From NCBI GenBank assembly GCA_032128875.1, contig JAVLKG010000005.1, positions 96,001-160,000 on the forward strand: a DNA stretch of 64,000 bases, given 5' to 3'. Shown one piece after another: positions 1 to 10,012 of the stretch (position 1 is the first letter of the stretch; every line of letters begins with the position of its first letter). The stretch comes from Candidatus Melainabacteria bacterium 17Bon1m (GTDB lineage: Bacteria > Cyanobacteriota > Vampirovibrionia > Obscuribacterales > Obscuribacteraceae). The notes beneath the pieces are model-generated. The model saw nothing but the letters and a program-made list of their open reading frames with translations. It had not been told where the DNA came from and ran no database searches. Position numbers and translations under genes: made by a program.

Positions 1-563
1 GTGGTCGCCTCATTTTCTGACGGCCACACGGCATCGAGCAGATCCTTTGAGGAGTAAACACGATTTGGATGGCGCATCAAGTATTCCAGAAGTGCGGATT
101 CCTTGGGCATCAAGCGCACTTCTTGTTCTCCAATTCTCAATTTATGCAAGCTGGGATTGAGCATAATATCGCCAATTCTGAGCTCGTCAGGAAGAAGAAA
201 CTGTGGGCGGCGCATGATTGTTTTCAATCTTGCGGAGAGTTCACGCATGTCAAAAGGTTTTACCAAATAATCGTCGGCACCTATGCCAAGCCCTTTTTCC
301 TTGCTTTCAATGTCCCCTTTACCAGTAATAAAAAGGGCCAGGGACATTCCGCCGGCCTGTCTGTGACGCTTGAGCAGTTCGAGACCCGAAAGTCCGGGCA
401 AATTCCAATCAAGCAAAAGCACGTCGTACTTGAAGTTGGAGAGCAGCTGCAAAGCGTCTTCGCCTGTGCCTACTCTTTCCACCTGATAGCCCTGGTCTGT
501 AAGCCAATCGACTACTTGATTAGCCAGCTGAGGGTCGTCTTCAACTACGAGCAGTTTTGCCAC
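1..563 (-). CDS. OmpR/PhoB-family response regulator (3' end runs off the window)
   Basis: Manual translation from GTG at 563: MAKLLVVEDDPQLANQVVDWL...DVLLLDWNLPGLSG...GADDYLVKPF...wHTH. Receiver DD, D and KPF motifs are present. Absent from the ORF track because it is truncated. Confidence 0.9.
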   Translation of the reverse strand, partial: MAKLLVVEDDPQLANQVVDWLTDQGYQVERVGTGEDALQLLSNFKYDVLLLDWNLPGLSGLELLKRHRQAGGMSLALFITGKGDIESKEKGLGIGADDYLVKPFDMRELSARLKTIMRRPQFLLPDELRIGDIMLNPSLHKLRIGEQEVRLMPKESALLEYLMRHPNRVYSSKDLLDAVWPSENEAT

Positions 564-668
564 GATCAATACCAGTTTTTAACCCGTTCGAGTATAGCAA
601 GGCGGAAGCTCACACTTGGCATTGAGTTTCTACTATTATCTAAGTGACCTTTATTGCTTGTTTATCAA

Positions 669-2516
669 ATGTCTGCAACTATTTTTACGCAAGTGCCGGT
701 AGCAAGAAAGTTGTTGCTGCTTGTTTTGATTCCTTGCTTATTGCAGGCATTTTTCGTATGTGTTCTTGCTTTCATTTTGCAGAATGCGCAGAAAGAGTTG
801 CGGGCTGTTGAGCATCAGAGAAACGCTCTTATCAGCTTGAAAGCCGCTGCCGGTGATGCGATTCTTGCGCTTATGCGTATTCAAGATTCGCGCCAAAAAT
901 CAAATGTAGATGTTCATGTCGAGCTGGACAAGCTGAACAAGACGTTTAGAGAGGGCGACGGCATTGTCAGTGATCTCAGCGTTGAGAATTATCCCGAACT
1001 CGCAGACATCATTAAAGACGCGAATGATATGCAAGGAGACGTAGAGCTCCTCTTGAAGCAGGCGCAGGAAAACGTCAATAAAGTCAATCCTAAGACAGGC
1101 AAGAAAATAAAGCGCACGAAGCTGGTCGAGCGCACTTTGCTTGTTTCGACAATTCTGAATTGTCAGGCAATCGCCAAGCGAATCGTCGATGCTGAAGGCA
1201 GCACAAAGCAGTCTGACGTGGAGCGCGTCAACGCTGTTCAGAAGTCGGTCACTACTGCGATTTTTACGGTGCTTGGTATTAACGCACTGATCACGCTTCT
1301 CTTTCTCTACTTCTTCACCTCTGATATCGCGACCCGTTTGAAGATTGTTGCGAACAACACCCACAAGCTGATGCTTCCGAATTCGTCATTGAATCCTTGT
1401 CCCGGAGGCGATGAGATTGCTGCTCTCGATGCCTCGCTGCGGAAAGTGGCTCAACGGCTAGAGGAATTTCGAAAGCAGAAGTTGGCGATTTTGGATAACG
1501 CCATTGATGTTGTTTTCACACTCGATGAAAAATTCAGAGTTGAGGCGGTGAATAACGCCAGCCGTGAAAATTGGGGGCTTTTGCCCGATGATTTGCTGGG
1601 GCGAAATTTCCTTTCGCTCTTCACGCTGGACTACAGAGAATCAATCGGCAATCAGATTGCCGCATTGGCGCTGGAAGACTCGGCGCAGAAAAATATCGAG
1701 GCTGCAGTGGCACTACCCTCAGGTGCTGTCAAAATCTTCGAGATCACGCTGACAAAAACGCCAGAATCTATCGGTTTTACCGGTGTGGCACGCGACATAA
1801 CTCAGCAGAAAGCGGTCGCAGAGTTGAAAGAGCGTTTGCTTGCGATTGTCAGTCACGATTTGCGAACGCCGCTCGCGTCACTCTCAATTACGATGTCTGT
1901 GATTGTTGAGGGCAAGCGTATTGCAGACCCTGAGCTGCAGAAGAAACTTGCATCAATCGATTCATCAATTCAAAACGTCATGGCCCTTACTCATGACTTG
2001 CTCAGCTTTGAAAAGCAAGAGGCAGAACTATCAAGCATCGGTTTTTCGCGCGTTAAAGCTTATAACGTATGGTTGCAGCTAAAGCCGGTTTTGCAACCGC
2101 TTTGCCGAGAGCGCAATGTCCTGCTGAAAGGACCGTCTTCGGATGCGGAATTTCTCGCTAATGAAGACAAGCTTGTCCAAGCGACAAGCATAGTCGCAAG
2201 AACGGTCTTGAATTTTGCGCAGACAGATGCACAAATCAGTTTCATTATCGAGAAGGATAATGCTGTCGGCCGCATCAGAATTTTGCTGGATAATTTGTCG
2301 CAATCTGTCGGACCCGGACGAGCATTGGCAGAGCGTCTGCGTTGTGTCGAAGATGAACATATGTTCGACCCCGAGCACATCTCTATTGCAATAGCCAGAG
2401 CAATTGTCGAAAAACATCGAGGGCAGTTGATTTTTGCCGGCGACGGCAAAGGAGCAGAGCCGGGCGGTTTTGAAATTTCGCTCCAGCTTCCTTGCGTGGA
2501 GGAGGTTGAAGAATGA
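669..2516 (+). CDS. Membrane PAS sensor histidine kinase with intact H-box but degenerate HATPase domain
   Basis: Two TM segments, HAMP/PAS region and H-box SHDLRTP. The N, G1 and G2 boxes are unrecognisable (ATSIVARTVLNF; HISIAIARAIVEKHRG). Confidence 0.85.
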   Translation: MSATIFTQVPVARKLLLLVLIPCLLQAFFVCVLAFILQNAQKELRAVEHQRNALISLKAAAGDAILALMRIQDSRQKSNVDVHVELDKLNKTFREGDGIVSDLSVENYPELADIIKDANDMQGDVELLLKQAQENVNKVNPKTGKKIKRTKLVERTLLVSTILNCQAIAKRIVDAEGSTKQSDVERVNAVQKSVTTAIFTVLGINALITLLFLYFFTSDIATRLKIVANNTHKLMLPNSSLNPCPGGDEIAALDASLRKVAQRLEEFRKQKLAILDNAIDVVFTLDEKFRVEAVNNASRENWGLLPDDLLGRNFLSLFTLDYRESIGNQIAALALEDSAQKNIEAAVALPSGAVKIFEITLTKTPESIGFTGVARDITQQKAVAELKERLLAIVSHDLRTPLASLSITMSVIVEGKRIADPELQKKLASIDSSIQNVMALTHDLLSFEKQEAELSSIGFSRVKAYNVWLQLKPVLQPLCRERNVLLKGPSSDAEFLANEDKLVQATSIVARTVLNFAQTDAQISFIIEKDNAVGRIRILLDNLSQSVGPGRALAERLRCVEDEHMFDPEHISIAIARAIVEKHRGQLIFAGDGKGAEPGGFEISLQLPCVEEVEE

Positions 2517-4318
2517 GATTCAAGAACAGTTTGGTTCAGCAGGGTGTGTTCGTAATCGCCTTTCCTCTGATTTGCCAAGTCATCGTTGTCTTACTTCTTG
2601 CCGGCAATGTAGAGCGCATTCGTGATGAACAGCTGAAAACTGCCCACGCGCGAGACATGATTAGTATGTCGCACAGTCTGGTTCTTGACACCATACATAG
2701 TGTCTATGAGATGCATGTTGACTCGGAGCAAGTAGGAATGCTCGGGCAGGAAAGCAGTGTTCGAGAGACTTCTAAGATAGCCTTGGCAATTGCTGAAATG
2801 AAGAGAAAGGCGGAAGGGAATGCAGTCGAGTCTCGTCTGATGCTTTCGGTTGATTCGTCAGCGAGCGCACTTTTAGAGTGTCTGAGTTGGGCGGCTGTCG
2901 AGCAGGGAAAAGGTCGTGAGAATTGGAAGAGAGTGAACGACCGGTGCTACGAGACGATGAAAGAGAGTTCAAAAAATTTCGTCCAATCTTTGGAAGAACT
3001 TATTGATTCGCAAGAGCCTCTGATAAAGAAGGATACAACTGCCGCTAACAGTCAAGTGGTGCTGGTTCTCTTCTGTTTCGCTTTGATCAATTTTTTACTC
3101 GGTTTAGGCTTGGGCTTGTTTTATATCTCTCGGATTACAGGTGCGCTAAAACGTGTTGATGAGAACCGCATTCTGCTAGGAGAGCGCAAACCGTTATTGC
3201 CTGAAATATCAGCCCACGATGAGCTTATGCAGCTAGATCTTGCGGTTCATTCCGCCGCTGCCTCTCTTACAGCGGCGTTTGATGCAGGCGCTCGCATGAT
3301 TCGCGAAGCCGGCAATCTCATCTGTTCTCTCGACAATGATCTGTTGTTTCTTGAGGCAAACCCTGCTGCGAGCAAGATAATTGGGCTCGAATCAGAACAG
3401 CTGGTAGGCAGATCGTTGCGTGAGTTTGTCGATGGGGAAGTTATCGAAAAATTTCGAGAGGCTCAAAATTCTAGGGTCGAGTCTAAGCTGGAAGTGATTT
3501 TAAACAGAGCGGATGGTTCTAAGATCCACACGCAATGGGCAGTAAAGCCAGGTGATGCACCAGTGGCTCTTTTCTGTGTGGTTCAAGACATTACTGAGAA
3601 GAAACGCCGAGAAGGGCTGCGTCAGCGCTTTCTCGATGCTGTTCGCTCCAGCCTGCGCGCACCGATCGCTTCCATTGCCGACGCATTGCAGCAAGTGACA
3701 AATTCTGACAAGATTGCTGAAAGCGAGGGAAAGGCGCGCAATGACCTGGTTCGCGCTAATCGAAGTGCACGCCAGTGCATATTGCTTATTGACGTTCTCC
3801 TTGATGCGCAGAGTGCCGAGTCGGGGACGATTAAGATAGAGCCGTCGTCTGTTTCCTTTGGTCAGGTTGTTAATGACTCTATAGAGCTGGTCAAGAATAT
3901 TGCTGACAAAAAAGGGGTGGAAATTGTCCGCGAGTTGAAGGAGCTTGAGATTGTCTGTGACTCGTTCAAGGTGACACAAACAATCGTCAATTTCTTATCC
4001 AATGCAATTAAGTTCTCGCCTGAGGGTGGGAAGATCTTTGTAGCTATCGAGGATAAGGGTGACGCAGTCGAGGTTTCCGTCACAGATGAAGGTCCTGGGA
4101 TTGCGCAAGAATATCGCGAGAAGATTTTCAAACCGTTTGTCCAAGTACCCGGTGAGAAAGCGAAAGAGGGAACAGGACTGGGACTGGCTATCTGCAAGCA
4201 AATCATCGAAGGGCATCGAGGCGAGATTGGCGTGCGCCAGTCGTCTCGCGGCGCTACTGGCAGCACTTTCTGGTTCCGATTGCAGAAGAGTTTTGACGAA
4301 AAAGTTCTTGCGAACTAG
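2513..4318 (+). CDS. Membrane PAS sensor kinase with intact HATPase but no phosphoacceptor His
   Basis: NFLSNAIKF, DEGPGI, IFKPF and GTGLGL are intact, but the H-box reads VRSSLRAP. ATGA overlap with the upstream gene. Confidence 0.9.
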   Translation: MRFKNSLVQQGVFVIAFPLICQVIVVLLLAGNVERIRDEQLKTAHARDMISMSHSLVLDTIHSVYEMHVDSEQVGMLGQESSVRETSKIALAIAEMKRKAEGNAVESRLMLSVDSSASALLECLSWAAVEQGKGRENWKRVNDRCYETMKESSKNFVQSLEELIDSQEPLIKKDTTAANSQVVLVLFCFALINFLLGLGLGLFYISRITGALKRVDENRILLGERKPLLPEISAHDELMQLDLAVHSAAASLTAAFDAGARMIREAGNLICSLDNDLLFLEANPAASKIIGLESEQLVGRSLREFVDGEVIEKFREAQNSRVESKLEVILNRADGSKIHTQWAVKPGDAPVALFCVVQDITEKKRREGLRQRFLDAVRSSLRAPIASIADALQQVTNSDKIAESEGKARNDLVRANRSARQCILLIDVLLDAQSAESGTIKIEPSSVSFGQVVNDSIELVKNIADKKGVEIVRELKELEIVCDSFKVTQTIVNFLSNAIKFSPEGGKIFVAIEDKGDAVEVSVTDEGPGIAQEYREKIFKPFVQVPGEKAKEGTGLGLAICKQIIEGHRGEIGVRQSSRGATGSTFWFRLQKSFDEKVLAN

Positions 4319-4533
4319 CCACGTCTTTTAAACTAAATTTTTGAACTTAGCCAGGAGTTTCTATCTGAACTCCAATTAGTGCGCTCGCCGCAACGGCAAA
4401 CGGGTGCGTCGTTTTCGTGTGTTCAAGATTTGTTCAGTTGCCGGGCCGTACATTGCTGTCATCGAAGGCGGACTTCCCACCGCGAATGCAATAGCCCCCC
4501 TTGCACCCTCTTGCTACTTGGAGCGTTACTAAA

Positions 4534-5655
4534 ATGGCACTCGATACTCCTGTTTCGAACAACCCTGAAACTGCCGGCAGAGAATTTGCCACCAGAATCA
4601 ACGACGCCGTCAACCGCAATGATTCTAAGCTCTACAACGAAACGATGACCGGGATCAACGATTGGTCCAAAGCTAATGCTCCCTCATTGCATGGCAAATT
4701 TGAAGAGTCACTGATTGGCAATGTAGATTTGAAAACTGCTGCTTTGTATGAAACCAAGGAGAATTTCGGCAAGATTGACACAAACAACGACAAACGCGTT
4801 AAGCCTGATGAATTGTCTGCTTACACAAGCAAGCCTGAAACCAATGCACTTCAGAAGGCAATGGTTGAGAGGGAAATTCTTCCTCAGTACGAAGCTATCG
4901 CGAATAACAGCCGAGATAGATGGGGCAGCTCATTCATGCGTGACGATCATATTCGCTCGGTTGACCTGGCCAAAGGGCTGGAAACCGCAGCCTTGAACCG
5001 TCCAACACCAAACTTAAATGAGCAGCAAGTAGCCGAGAAAATGAAGGCGCCATCGTTTAAGGCGGAGTCTGACCAATTCTTGTCGGACAAATTCAGTGCA
5101 ATCGATACAAGCAATAACGAAAAAATAGACCAGACCGAATTGCAAACCTTCCGCGATGATCCAAAGCGCAATTTGTTGGAAAAGGCATACGCCGACAATG
5201 TTATGCCAAGATTCAGCGAACTTGCAAATACGAGCAAAGACAACCTCTTGAGCGGTTTGGGGCGCGCTGACACTGAGATTCGCAAGGGTGATCTGCAACA
5301 AAGTTTGGCAGCTGAATATGCAAAACCAGAAGTTCAGGCTGCGCTTGCCGAGGCTCGTAAACCTGAATTGCAGCCTAGCGACAAAGTACTGGGACTGGCC
5401 ACTGTTCGCAGAGGCGAAGGACCCTTCCACTCAGCTGAGAGGCTTTTGGCAGCTGCAGGCGGCAAGCATGATATTGACGAGGTTCGCGCTCTGACAAAGG
5501 CTTTGAAGAACATCTACAACGAAGAAGGTCACGGAGACCTCAAAGACTTGCGAGTGAAACACGGTTTTATCACGAAGGAAAACTTCAATAAGCTCGTAAA
5601 TACTGTGGATAACGAAGCCGTTAAAGAAGCGCTTAGAAAGCTGGCAGCAGCATAA
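4534..5655 (+). CDS. EF-hand-containing hypothetical protein with an internal duplication
   Basis: EF-hand-like loops IDTNNDKRVKPDEL and IDTSNNEKIDQTEL, each in a repeated segment. GGAG upstream of ATG 4534. Confidence 0.7.
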   Translation: MALDTPVSNNPETAGREFATRINDAVNRNDSKLYNETMTGINDWSKANAPSLHGKFEESLIGNVDLKTAALYETKENFGKIDTNNDKRVKPDELSAYTSKPETNALQKAMVEREILPQYEAIANNSRDRWGSSFMRDDHIRSVDLAKGLETAALNRPTPNLNEQQVAEKMKAPSFKAESDQFLSDKFSAIDTSNNEKIDQTELQTFRDDPKRNLLEKAYADNVMPRFSELANTSKDNLLSGLGRADTEIRKGDLQQSLAAEYAKPEVQAALAEARKPELQPSDKVLGLATVRRGEGPFHSAERLLAAAGGKHDIDEVRALTKALKNIYNEEGHGDLKDLRVKHGFITKENFNKLVNTVDNEAVKEALRKLAAA

Positions 5656-5678
5656 ATATTACAAGTTGAGGGAAGGCT

Positions 5679-5718
5679 GAATTCCGGCGTGGGCTAACGT
5701 CGGAATTCTCCACTTTTT
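5679..5718 (+). terminator. Intrinsic terminator-like hairpin
   Basis: GAATTCCGGCGT-GGGCTA-ACGTCGGAATTC followed by a T-rich tract, just after the stop at 5655. Confidence 0.55.
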
Positions 5719-5798
5719 CCAAAAAGTTAGATTTCGAGAGTTCAAACCAAACTGTTGGTGAACCGCTTCAGACCGGGTAATCTTAATTTGTTACGCGG

Positions 5799-7223
5799 TT
5801 GGTTTTTTCTGTGCGCTCTGCGTTTTACATATTTTCTGCCCCCCTCATACATTCCGCGCTTGTCGCGAGCTTATTTTTGCCGCCTTTCTCCGCTTTTCCC
5901 GTCTCTGCAGCCGTTAATTCTCCAGAGCCGGATGCGGCTGGGCAGGACACCGCCGCCGATGCGAAGGTGACTGAACTGTTGTTGAAGAGTGCCGGCGTGA
6001 AACCAATCAAATACGCGGATGAAAAGGCGCGTTTGCTTGATTATGTCCATCTGGGAAAGTTTTCCGATATTCACAAGATTTGCGATTCGAGAATTGCCAG
6101 CGGGACTGCAAAAGCTTATGAGTACCAGGCTTCAGCATTGGCGTGGTTGTATCAGATTCAGCAAGGCTCCGGAAAAGCCGTTCGTCTGTGTGAAGTAGGT
6201 TTGGAACATTACCCCGATGACCTTGACCTGTCATCAACGCTGGCTGTTTCTTACGCTCGCAATTTGCAGTGGCTGGCGGCACTCAAGCAATCTATCAAGG
6301 TTCTCGATGTTGATCCGAAGAACGTTCCGGCGCTTACCGTGAAAGCAATCTGTTTGCACCGTGGTGGTCGGGAAGACGCAGGTTTATTGCTTTTGCGGCG
6401 CGGGCTAGCCATCGATCCCGGCAATGAAGAAATGAATATGTTGATTGTGTTTTACGCAAAGATACGGCATAAGCGCGATGACGTTTACGTTGCGTTCGAT
6501 CGCTGGAGTCAGCTTAACCCACGCTCTGCTGTAAGCTACGCGCTACGCGGAGAGTATCAGTATGACGACTCCATACAAGATGCGGCAATGAAGAGTTTTC
6601 AAAAAGCGGTGTCGTTAAACCCTGAATACGTCACGGCCTTATACAAAATGGGCAAGTTGTACTGGAACAAGCAGAGCTGGTCTGCAGCCTGTGCGGCATT
6701 GCTGCGGTATGAAAAGCTCGGCGGACATAACGAAACTGGAATTGTGAAACTGCACGATTGTTTGATACGGACTAAACAGTATAAAGAAGCAGTCCGCATC
6801 GGTGAAATTGCTATTGAGATGCTGCTGGGTGAAAGTTCAAGAAGGGAAGAAGCGCTTGGCGTGCCGGGGTTTGCTGTAGTGCGCGAGTCGTCTTTGTTTG
6901 TAGAAAGTCAGGTGAAACTGGCAATCGCTTATTTCTACACAGGCGAAATTGCAAAGGCTACAAAACTTGTGAATGATGTCTTGAAAGCCCATCCGGACAA
7001 CGTCCCGGCACTTGATCTGAGTCAAAAAATTGCTTTCAAAAATCAGAATTATTCATCTGCCATAAGCACGCTGTCAAAATTAATAGTGATCGATGGCGAT
7101 GTTCAAATGTGGTATCAAATCCGCGCGGAAGCTTATAAGAAGCTGGGCGAAACTCAGAAAGCACAGAAAGATTTGGCGATTGTCGATTGTCTCGACAGGA
7201 CTGGAAGACTTCCCACCCAGTAA
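5799..7223 (+). CDS. Tetratricopeptide repeat protein, probably exported
   Basis: Hydrophobic N-terminus and repeated TPR signatures (KVLDVDPKNVPAL, GLAIDPGN, KAVSLNPEYVTALYKMG). Start uncertain. Confidence 0.8.
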   Translation: MVFSVRSAFYIFSAPLIHSALVASLFLPPFSAFPVSAAVNSPEPDAAGQDTAADAKVTELLLKSAGVKPIKYADEKARLLDYVHLGKFSDIHKICDSRIASGTAKAYEYQASALAWLYQIQQGSGKAVRLCEVGLEHYPDDLDLSSTLAVSYARNLQWLAALKQSIKVLDVDPKNVPALTVKAICLHRGGREDAGLLLLRRGLAIDPGNEEMNMLIVFYAKIRHKRDDVYVAFDRWSQLNPRSAVSYALRGEYQYDDSIQDAAMKSFQKAVSLNPEYVTALYKMGKLYWNKQSWSAACAALLRYEKLGGHNETGIVKLHDCLIRTKQYKEAVRIGEIAIEMLLGESSRREEALGVPGFAVVRESSLFVESQVKLAIAYFYTGEIAKATKLVNDVLKAHPDNVPALDLSQKIAFKNQNYSSAISTLSKLIVIDGDVQMWYQIRAEAYKKLGETQKAQKDLAIVDCLDRTGRLPTQ

Positions 7224-7250
7224 GGGAGCCGCATGCGGCTCCCCGCCAGG

Positions 7251-7364
7251 GAAGCGCATGCGCTTCCCCTACGATTCAAAAAAACGCATGCGCTTTCCCT
7301 ACGATTCAAAAAAGCGCATGCGTTTCCCCTACGATTGAAAGAAACGCATGCGCGACCTCTACGT
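7251..7364. repeat. Tandem 30-bp repeat (~3.8 units) of a GTAG-type REP-like palindrome
   Basis: Units start at 7251, 7281, 7311 and 7341 with consensus (G/A)AA(G/A)CGCATGCG(C/T)TT(C/T)CCCTACGATTCAAA. A related palindrome GGGAGCCGCATGCGGCTCCC lies at 7224-7243. Located between convergent genes. Confidence 0.85.
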
Positions 7365-9173
7365 TCTGGGTGGTCCGTTAAGCGGGATTCTCAGCCAGAA
7401 TTCGCAGCCTTTCGGTTGCACGTTGCGCACTCCAATTTCACCGCCATGCGCTTCGACGAGTGCCTTGCAAATTGCCAAACCCAGCCCAGAGCCTTTCTTC
7501 TCGCCTTCCGAGCGAGTTCCGACCTGTCGATATTTTTCAAAGACGAGTTCGATTTTCTCCGGTGGTATTCCGGGACCTTCATCGCGAATTGAGAATTCAG
7601 CCCATTTTCCATCTTCGGATGGTTTTGCTATGAGAGTCACCGTGCTATTGGAGGGAGCGAATTTGATTGCGTTTCCCAGAAGATTTACCAGTGTGCGATT
7701 GATTCTCTCGCCGTCTGCTCGCACTTCGAAGCTCTCGCACTGCATGTCGAGTTTTATCTGTTTTTTCTCTGCGCTGGGCTCTACCATATCGCGGGCAATG
7801 TGAATGATTGACGACACAGGATGCGACTCGACATCAAGAGTCAGTCCACCGGCCTCGAAGTTTTCAACGTCGAGCAAGTCATTGATCATGTTGATCAGAT
7901 AGTCTGATGATTGCTGGGCGTTTTTCATAGTGGCCACACCACGCTCAGTGAGCGGACCATAGACGCCTTGTCCTGCGCATTCGATGATCAGTTTGATTGA
8001 CGAAATTGGAGTGCGCAAATCATGGCTGATCATCGCGAGCATGTCTTTTTTCAGGTTTTCCGCGGCGACTTTCTCAGTGATATCGAGGACGACGCAGAAG
8101 AATGTTTTGTCTTTCTCCGACCAGCTGGTCGTCCATTCTGTTGATTTGTAGTGCCCGTTGAGGTCTCTAAGCCGACATTCGAAAACTACTTCTTCTGATG
8201 AAAGCTTGCGTGTTGAGAGTTTTTCATGCACAAGATCACGATCTTCCGGATGTACAAGCGAGACTAAATTTGTCCCAATTATCTGTTCTGGTTCGTAGCC
8301 AAAACGCCTTGTTACAGCTGGATTTATTTGAGAAATTTTGCCTGATTGATCGAGCGAACAAATGACTTGAACTGTCCTATCAACCAGTGCGCGCTCTTTT
8401 TGTCTTGCTGCATCGAGTTCTTGCGCAATGGTATGAAAAGCGCTGTCCAGTCGCCCCAATTCGTCACTGCCGCCAATGGGCAGATGCAATTGTTTGCCCA
8501 TGCCCAGGTTCATCGTGTTGGACATGAGGACGTTCCACTTGCGTGAAAATCCGAGTGTCATCCACGTGGCGAAAGCAATCGCGAGCAAGACATTTGCCAC
8601 AGTCATGATTGAGATGGTCTCTTGTAGCTTGGTGCGGGCTTCTGATTGCGCTTTCTGCAGAGCGACTTGTCTTGTTTGTTGGTCATCCAGGAGCTCTTTG
8701 CCGGCGATCTCTATGCGCTTGTTCATGTTCATGAACTTGGCGACGAATCGCTGCTCGTTGACTTCGAACGTGTCTGCCGCGATGCCCGCGATACTCATTG
8801 AAGTCTCATTGATTTCCTGAATGATGCTGAGAAAGCGGTCGATTGTGGGCGGACGATTCGGCATTTGTGCAACTTCCTCTTGCAGTTGCTTCGAGTGAGC
8901 CATCAGATCTGTCGCGACCGATTGTGCTGCCGTGATATGCCTTTTGTCGTGACTCATTTTGAACAGCATTAAGCTGCCGCCGGCCAGGTTGGTTTCTTGA
9001 AACACCAGGGTAACAAGGGTCAGAACCTTGGATGCTTTATTCTGCTGCTCTATGAACGCCTGCAGCTCGGACAAGTTTTTCAAAAGCGTGACTAAAAACA
9101 CCGCCTCGATTAAAAGCGGCAAGATTATCGCCAAAAGGATTTGATGGGTTAGTTTGAGCTTTGGCTTTAGCAT
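7359..9173 (-). CDS. Membrane PAS sensor histidine kinase (complete)
   Basis: SHDLRTP, NLLGNAIKF, DEGPGI, GSGLGL, plus TM, HAMP and PAS regions. Start is 9173 or 9203. Confidence 0.92.
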   Translation of the reverse strand: MLKPKLKLTHQILLAIILPLLIEAVFLVTLLKNLSELQAFIEQQNKASKVLTLVTLVFQETNLAGGSLMLFKMSHDKRHITAAQSVATDLMAHSKQLQEEVAQMPNRPPTIDRFLSIIQEINETSMSIAGIAADTFEVNEQRFVAKFMNMNKRIEIAGKELLDDQQTRQVALQKAQSEARTKLQETISIMTVANVLLAIAFATWMTLGFSRKWNVLMSNTMNLGMGKQLHLPIGGSDELGRLDSAFHTIAQELDAARQKERALVDRTVQVICSLDQSGKISQINPAVTRRFGYEPEQIIGTNLVSLVHPEDRDLVHEKLSTRKLSSEEVVFECRLRDLNGHYKSTEWTTSWSEKDKTFFCVVLDITEKVAAENLKKDMLAMISHDLRTPISSIKLIIECAGQGVYGPLTERGVATMKNAQQSSDYLINMINDLLDVENFEAGGLTLDVESHPVSSIIHIARDMVEPSAEKKQIKLDMQCESFEVRADGERINRTLVNLLGNAIKFAPSNSTVTLIAKPSEDGKWAEFSIRDEGPGIPPEKIELVFEKYRQVGTRSEGEKKGSGLGLAICKALVEAHGGEIGVRNVQPKGCEFWLRIPLNGPPRT

Positions 9174-9346
9174 GGGTCGGTAATTGGTCGACAACAGGCA
9201 CACGTTTTACCCTGTGACGCCTGTGACCCTTGTAACTCGTAAATTCTACGGGACTCAACTGCAGATTCGAAGCAATATGGAATATGATTTGTGGAAAATA
9301 GCTGTGTCCGCACCCGTCTGGTCATTCAGGAGATATTGACAGCTTC

Positions 9347-10012
9347 ATGGCTAGAATTTTGGTGATTGAAGACGACCACACTCAGCTTGACATTATCGAG
9401 CAGGGGCTTGCGTTTCATGGACATGTGATTGATACCAGTGGTGATGGCACCGATGGTTTGGAACAGTTGCTCGCCCACCACTACGACCTGGCAATTATCG
9501 ATTGGGATTTGCCGGGGTTGCAGGGCGTGGACGTCTGCAACAAGTACCGGAACTCCGGCGGGCAGGCCGCTGTGCTTTTTCTCACTGGTAAGTCTTCGAT
9601 TACGAATAAGGTACAGGCGTTCGACTGTGGCGCCGATGATTATCTGACCAAGCCCTTTTCCTATGCAGAACTCCTAGCGCGCGTCAAAGCCCTTCTGCGC
9701 CGTCCACATGCGATGGAGAGTGAAAAATTCGTCTATCAAGAAATCACTCTCGATATGGTCACCAAAGTCGCCACAGTGAATGGAAAAGACATCGGGTTAA
9801 CACCGGGTGAGTTTGCTCTTCTAGAACTGTTTGTGAAAAACCCCGGGCGCTTGTTCGGAGCCGCCGAACTTTTGGACCGCGTTTTCAAATCAGAAACCGA
9901 CCAGGAAGCGGTACGCCAAAGAGTCATGCGCCTCAGGAAGAAGTTGGCGGTCGATGGCAAAGACGAATCGCGAATCACAACGCAAAAAGGCTTCGGATAT
10001 AAATTCGAATAG
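9347..10012 (+). CDS. OmpR/PhoB-family response regulator
   Basis: ILVIEDD, IIDWDLPG, GADDYLTKPF and C-terminal wHTH ending GFGYKF. Divergent from the adjacent kinase. Confidence 0.93.
   Translation: MARILVIEDDHTQLDIIEQGLAFHGHVIDTSGDGTDGLEQLLAHHYDLAIIDWDLPGLQGVDVCNKYRNSGGQAAVLFLTGKSSITNKVQAFDCGADDYLTKPFSYAELLARVKALLRRPHAMESEKFVYQEITLDMVTKVATVNGKDIGLTPGEFALLELFVKNPGRLFGAAELLDRVFKSETDQEAVRQRVMRLRKKLAVDGKDESRITTQKGFGYKFE

Noticed and set aside
69..647. 192-aa plus-strand ORF
   Set aside because: Antisense shadow of the minus-strand response regulator, which has clear motifs.
7251..7364. Possible CRISPR array
   Set aside because: Units are contiguous 30-mers with no unique spacers, and no cas genes are in the window.
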